Assembly: GCF_003072485.1 (NCBI RefSeq)
Contig: NZ_CP025989.1
Location: forward strand, 540,001-572,000
Origin: Candidatus Fokinia solitaria
Lineage (GTDB): Bacteria; Pseudomonadota; Alphaproteobacteria; Rickettsiales; Midichloriaceae
Direction of reading: 5' to 3'
Length of the DNA: 32,000 bases
Shown here: positions 30,412-32,000 of the stretch, in pieces
Layout: each line of letters begins with the position of its first letter
Numbering within the stretch: the stretch's first letter is position 1
Notes under the pieces: model-generated
Databases searched by the model: none
The model's input: only the letters and a program-made list of their open reading frames with translations
Told to the model about the DNA's origin: nothing
Translations under genes and position numbers: made by a program

Positions 30412-31677
30412 ATGTCAAGCCAAAAAATAAGCTGTCAGTTTTGTGGTCGAAGCGGCAGTGTGCTGAAGAAGGTCATTATAGGAAAAGAAGCAATGATATG
30501 CGGCAGCTGCGTAGAACTTTGTAATCTTATTTTGAAGGGAGATAGAGGAAATACTTATAATTCTCCAGAAGCGCTAGAATGCCCTCTTCCAAAGGATATA
30601 ACAGAAAAATTAGACGTACATATAGTAGGTCAACAGAATGCTAAGCGTATTCTTGCCGTAGCGGTGTATAATCACTTCTGCAGAATCAAAAATCGCGAAA
30701 ACTCTCCGCATGATGAACAAGAGGAAAATATACGAAAGATACGAGAAGAATTAAAAGATGTTGAAGTCGCTAAAAGTAATATATTATTAATAGGTCCTTC
30801 TGGATGCGGTAAAACTCTTATTGCCGAAACTTTAGCAAAAATCTTCTCACTTCCATTTGCAATAGCAGATGCAACTACATTAACAGAAACAGGTTATGTC
30901 GGAGAAGACGTAGAAAATGTCATCATGAGATTACTTGTTAACTGCGATTATAACGTAGAAGCAGCACAAAAAGGGATAGTATATATAGATGAGATAGATA
31001 AATTAGCAAAGAAGAAGCATGGCGGTTCTACTGCACGTGATATATCTGGAGAAGGAGTGCAGCAAGGACTTTTAAAGTTGATAGAAGGTACTGTTGTTAA
31101 TGTCAGCAGACATAGAGGAAGCGAGCCGATACAGGTCAATACTAAGAATATATTATTTGTCGTAGGCGGTGCATTTGAAGGTCTTGATAAGATTATCAGC
31201 TCTCGCGTAATAGACTCTGGCATAGGATTTTTATCAACTAGCGCCAAAAATAAGCAGAATCACGTTGAATTATCTGCGATTTTAAGAAAAGTAGAGCATG
31301 AAGATCTTTTAGATTATGGATTAATCCCGGAATTCATAGGTAGATTACCTGTAATTGTCACTCTTGATGCTTTAACTGAAGACGATCTTGTATCTATACT
31401 TGTATCTCCTAGAAATGCATTGATCAAACAGTACAAAAAAGTTCTTCTACAGAACAATATAGAGTTAGAATTTGAGCACGATGCACTTATAGAGATAGCG
31501 CGACTTAGTATAAGAAAAAAGACTGGCGCACGTGGATTACGCTCCATTTTAGAGCATTTATTGATAGAATGCATGTTTGAAGCGCCGCATAATCAATCTT
31601 ACAGAAAGATTATAATTACGAAAAATAACGTATTGGACTTTTTTTCTGAATCTAGAGTAGCTAACTTCGTAGCGTAA
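30412..31677 (+). CDS. clpX: ATP-dependent Clp protease ATP-binding subunit ClpX
   Basis: 421 aa; N-terminal zinc finger CQFCGRSG...CGSCVELC, Walker A GPSGCGKT, Walker [15 protein letters not shown] and [10 protein letters not shown]. Confidence 0.97.
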   Translation: MSSQKISCQFCGRSGSVLKKVIIGKEAMICGSCVELCNLILKGDRGNTYNSPEALECPLPKDITEKLDVHIVGQQNAKRILAVAVYNHFCRIKNRENSPHDEQEENIRKIREELKDVEVAKSNILLIGPSGCGKTLIAETLAKIFSLPFAIADATTLTETGYVGEDVENVIMRLLVNCDYNVEAAQKGIVYIDEIDKLAKKKHGGSTARDISGEGVQQGLLKLIEGTVVNVSRHRGSEPIQVNTKNILFVVGGAFEGLDKIISSRVIDSGIGFLSTSAKNKQNHVELSAILRKVEHEDLLDYGLIPEFIGRLPVIVTLDALTEDDLVSILVSPRNALIKQYKKVLLQNNIELEFEHDALIEIARLSIRKKTGARGLRSILEHLLIECMFEAPHNQSYRKIIITKNNVLDFFSESRVANFVA

Positions 31678-31699
31678 AAAATTTTTATTAGAGAGTAGT

Positions 31700-32000
31700 A
31701 TGGAACTTTTAATTGTAGAATCTCCCTCTAAAGCAAAGTCTATAAGCGGTTACCTCGGTAAAGGATTTAGTGTGATATCTTCATATGGACATGTACGTTC
31801 CATACCATCTAAATCTGGCATGATAGACTACAATAATCAGTTTCGTCCAACTTATTCTTTATCCGAAAAAGCTTCGCAAATCGTGGATCAAATTGCAGAA
31901 AAAGCAAAAAAAGCCACTAACATATACTTGGCTACCGATCCTGATAGAGAAGGAGAGGCAATAGCTTGGCACATAGCAGAAATACTGAGAGAGAGAAACG
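31700..32000 (+). CDS. topA: DNA topoisomerase I, N-terminal fragment (continues past the right edge)
   Basis: MELLIVESPSKAKSISGYLGKGFSVISSYGHVRSIPSK...NIYLATDPDREGEAIAWHIAEIL, the Toprim domain of bacterial TopA. It starts 22 bp after the clpX stop. Confidence 0.95.
   Translation, partial: MELLIVESPSKAKSISGYLGKGFSVISSYGHVRSIPSKSGMIDYNNQFRPTYSLSEKASQIVDQIAEKAKKATNIYLATDPDREGEAIAWHIAEILRERN

Noticed and set aside
30306-30524. 72-aa plus-strand ORF and the minus-strand ORFs 30948..31247 and 31314..31574
   Set aside because: These overlap or are antisense to clpX, which is unambiguous.
1-32000. CRISPR arrays, transposases, integrases, rRNA and tRNA
   Set aside because: Looked for repeat-spacer periodicity, IS-like ends and tRNA cloverleaf sequences in the intergenic gaps and saw none. 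The only strong tandem periodicity is the protein-coding 117/39-nt array.

Overview
AT-rich bacterial chromosomal segment. The conserved genes and the rseP-bamA order suggest a Rickettsiales-type alphaproteobacterium (inference only). The dominant feature is one uninterrupted minus-strand reading frame from 21050 down past the left edge. It spans at least 7,016 codons, about two-thirds of the window, and is missing from the supplied ORF track, apparently because it is open at the edge. Its visible product is a largely charged, helix-rich giant protein (about 0.8 MDa or more) with no domain I recognise. A nested acidic tandem-repeat array (117-nt units built with a 39-nt sub-repeat) lies at about 18246-19136. 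Next to it are bamA, which carries an unusually long Cys-containing predicted surface loop, rseP, an orphan 377-aa hydrophobic ORF, rpiB, an 84-aa Thr/Ser-rich secreted ORF, a virB2-like pilin gene, brnQ, an SDR/pteridine-reductase-like gene, clpX and the start of topA. No CRISPR, transposase, rRNA or convincing tRNA was seen. Many ORFs in the supplied track are antisense or shadow frames of real genes and are rejected.
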